DNA of 64,000 nucleotides from Rhizodiscina lignyota (Eukaryota): NCBI GenBank assembly GCA_010015805.1, contig ML978130.1, positions 558,001 to 622,000 of the forward strand, read 5' to 3'. Shown piece by piece: positions 62,734 to 64,000 of this stretch (position 1 is its first letter; each line of letters starts with the position of its first letter). The notes under the pieces were generated by a model. It saw only the letters and a program-made list of their open reading frames with translations, ran no database searches and was not told where the DNA came from. The position numbers and the translations under genes were made by a program.

Positions 62734-64000
62734 CTCTACGAATGAGTATGAGAATTTTACTACGAATTACGAAGGAAATCCTCACAACTGAGGCGAATTG
62801 AGAAGGAAATGGCACGCGAGCAACTACTGACTCGATGATGAGAAATGGAAACGAGGGAATTGGAGCATGTTCTTATCCTCACTCTGAGCTTGTGCTCCCA
62901 TCGCCGGAGGGGGTAAGACAGGAGCTAGCCCTAGATCTCTGGTGCTATTTCTAGCTAGACATCGTTCCGGTCAAGACTATGGAAGTGTCCAGAGCGCGCG
63001 AAGAACGGCACAGCGCTGAAGGGGCGGCAAGAAGCAAGTTGATGACAGCGAAACAATTCTGGGGAGAGAAGGCTAACGGTTACAAGAGTACAGCCCTGTG
63101 CAGTGACGCCTTGTCGAGCATCACAGCGATAAAGCCAAATCGGGAAAGATGGACGCAGGGATAGGGGCACCAGAGCACCACAAAAACCTCCGGCTGGCTA
63201 GAAAGCTGAGCTCTGAGCGGTCCGGCTCCTGGGCTAGCTTGCCGAAAGCTGATCGTTGCGGGTCCGGTGGGAGTGCGCCTAGACAATAAGCTCGTTCGGG
63301 CACAGGGGAAATGAGGCTATTGATGATTCCAAACTGAGAAATCACCCAAACTTTTCAGAGTGAGTGAGGTCAGCTTGCATGAAATTTCACGGGAGACCTT
63401 ACCATGTGAGGAAATTCTACTCGAATATTACTGTCGTCCGGTACTCCATCTCATAGCATAGACATTGGCTCCAGTCGTGATAGTGGGGCCTCCGTGCCTA
63501 GAGAGAAGACAGACACGCTCACGTCACAGTGCCTGCATACTGGGTCAGGCACGCGACTGATGGTCGAGCGAGCAACGTTAGACGGAGGCTTAAGCCACAT
63601 GGTGGAAAAAACCGCCGCCATGGCGTCGTCGTTCGGGCCGTTTCAGGGAAGCTAGAGCCTAGCTCAGCGGCCTCCAGACGCTTGAGGCGACCGATAGGGG
63701 GTAGGCAGCAGACTGGTTAGCAGAAAATAGCTGAAGTGATTCTCGCTAACGGCTGAGCGCCACGTTTTTTTGCTTCAGTGTGGCGACTCCGGCGGCACAG
63801 GAGGCGCTCAAAGTCAAGGGACGGAAGCCAGCAGGCAGCGAGCATGTTATCCAGACCGGACCGCGGTCAGTTGGCGGTGGTAAGAATAGAATTGAGCTGG
63901 TTCAGGGATGCGGAAGAGCTGGCAGGCCAGGAAAGAGTTTTTAGGGCATGCGATAAGTAGATGCTGTCAACGTTGTTGCGTGCATCTGCGGCTACTGTAA

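Overview
Eukaryotic, intron-containing DNA from a filamentous ascomycete (GT-AG introns of about 50-60 nt with CTRAY branch points, HET and NACHT genes, an asco-laccase ending in DSGL). About 25 protein-coding loci are readable: housekeeping genes (DUF1688/Urg3, auxilin-like Swa2, syntaxin-6/Tlg1, AIM6-like), secreted enzymes (GH3, GH45, carboxylesterase, GMC oxidase, laccase), catabolic enzymes (DszA/NtaA-type monooxygenase, AmiF-type amidase, two P450s) and several non-self-recognition genes, some damaged. The standout is a compact candidate fungal RiPP (dikaritin-like) locus at 32.9-36.0 kb. Two DUF3328/UstYa oxidase genes, each with two HxxHC motifs, flank a 59-aa secreted ORF (34437-34616) that is absent from the ORF track. 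It has a signal peptide, a Kex2-type KR site and a C-terminal SDGLYERQATYGC segment, but lacks the multi-copy core repeats of known dikaritin precursors. All calls come from manual motif reading; no database searches were run.
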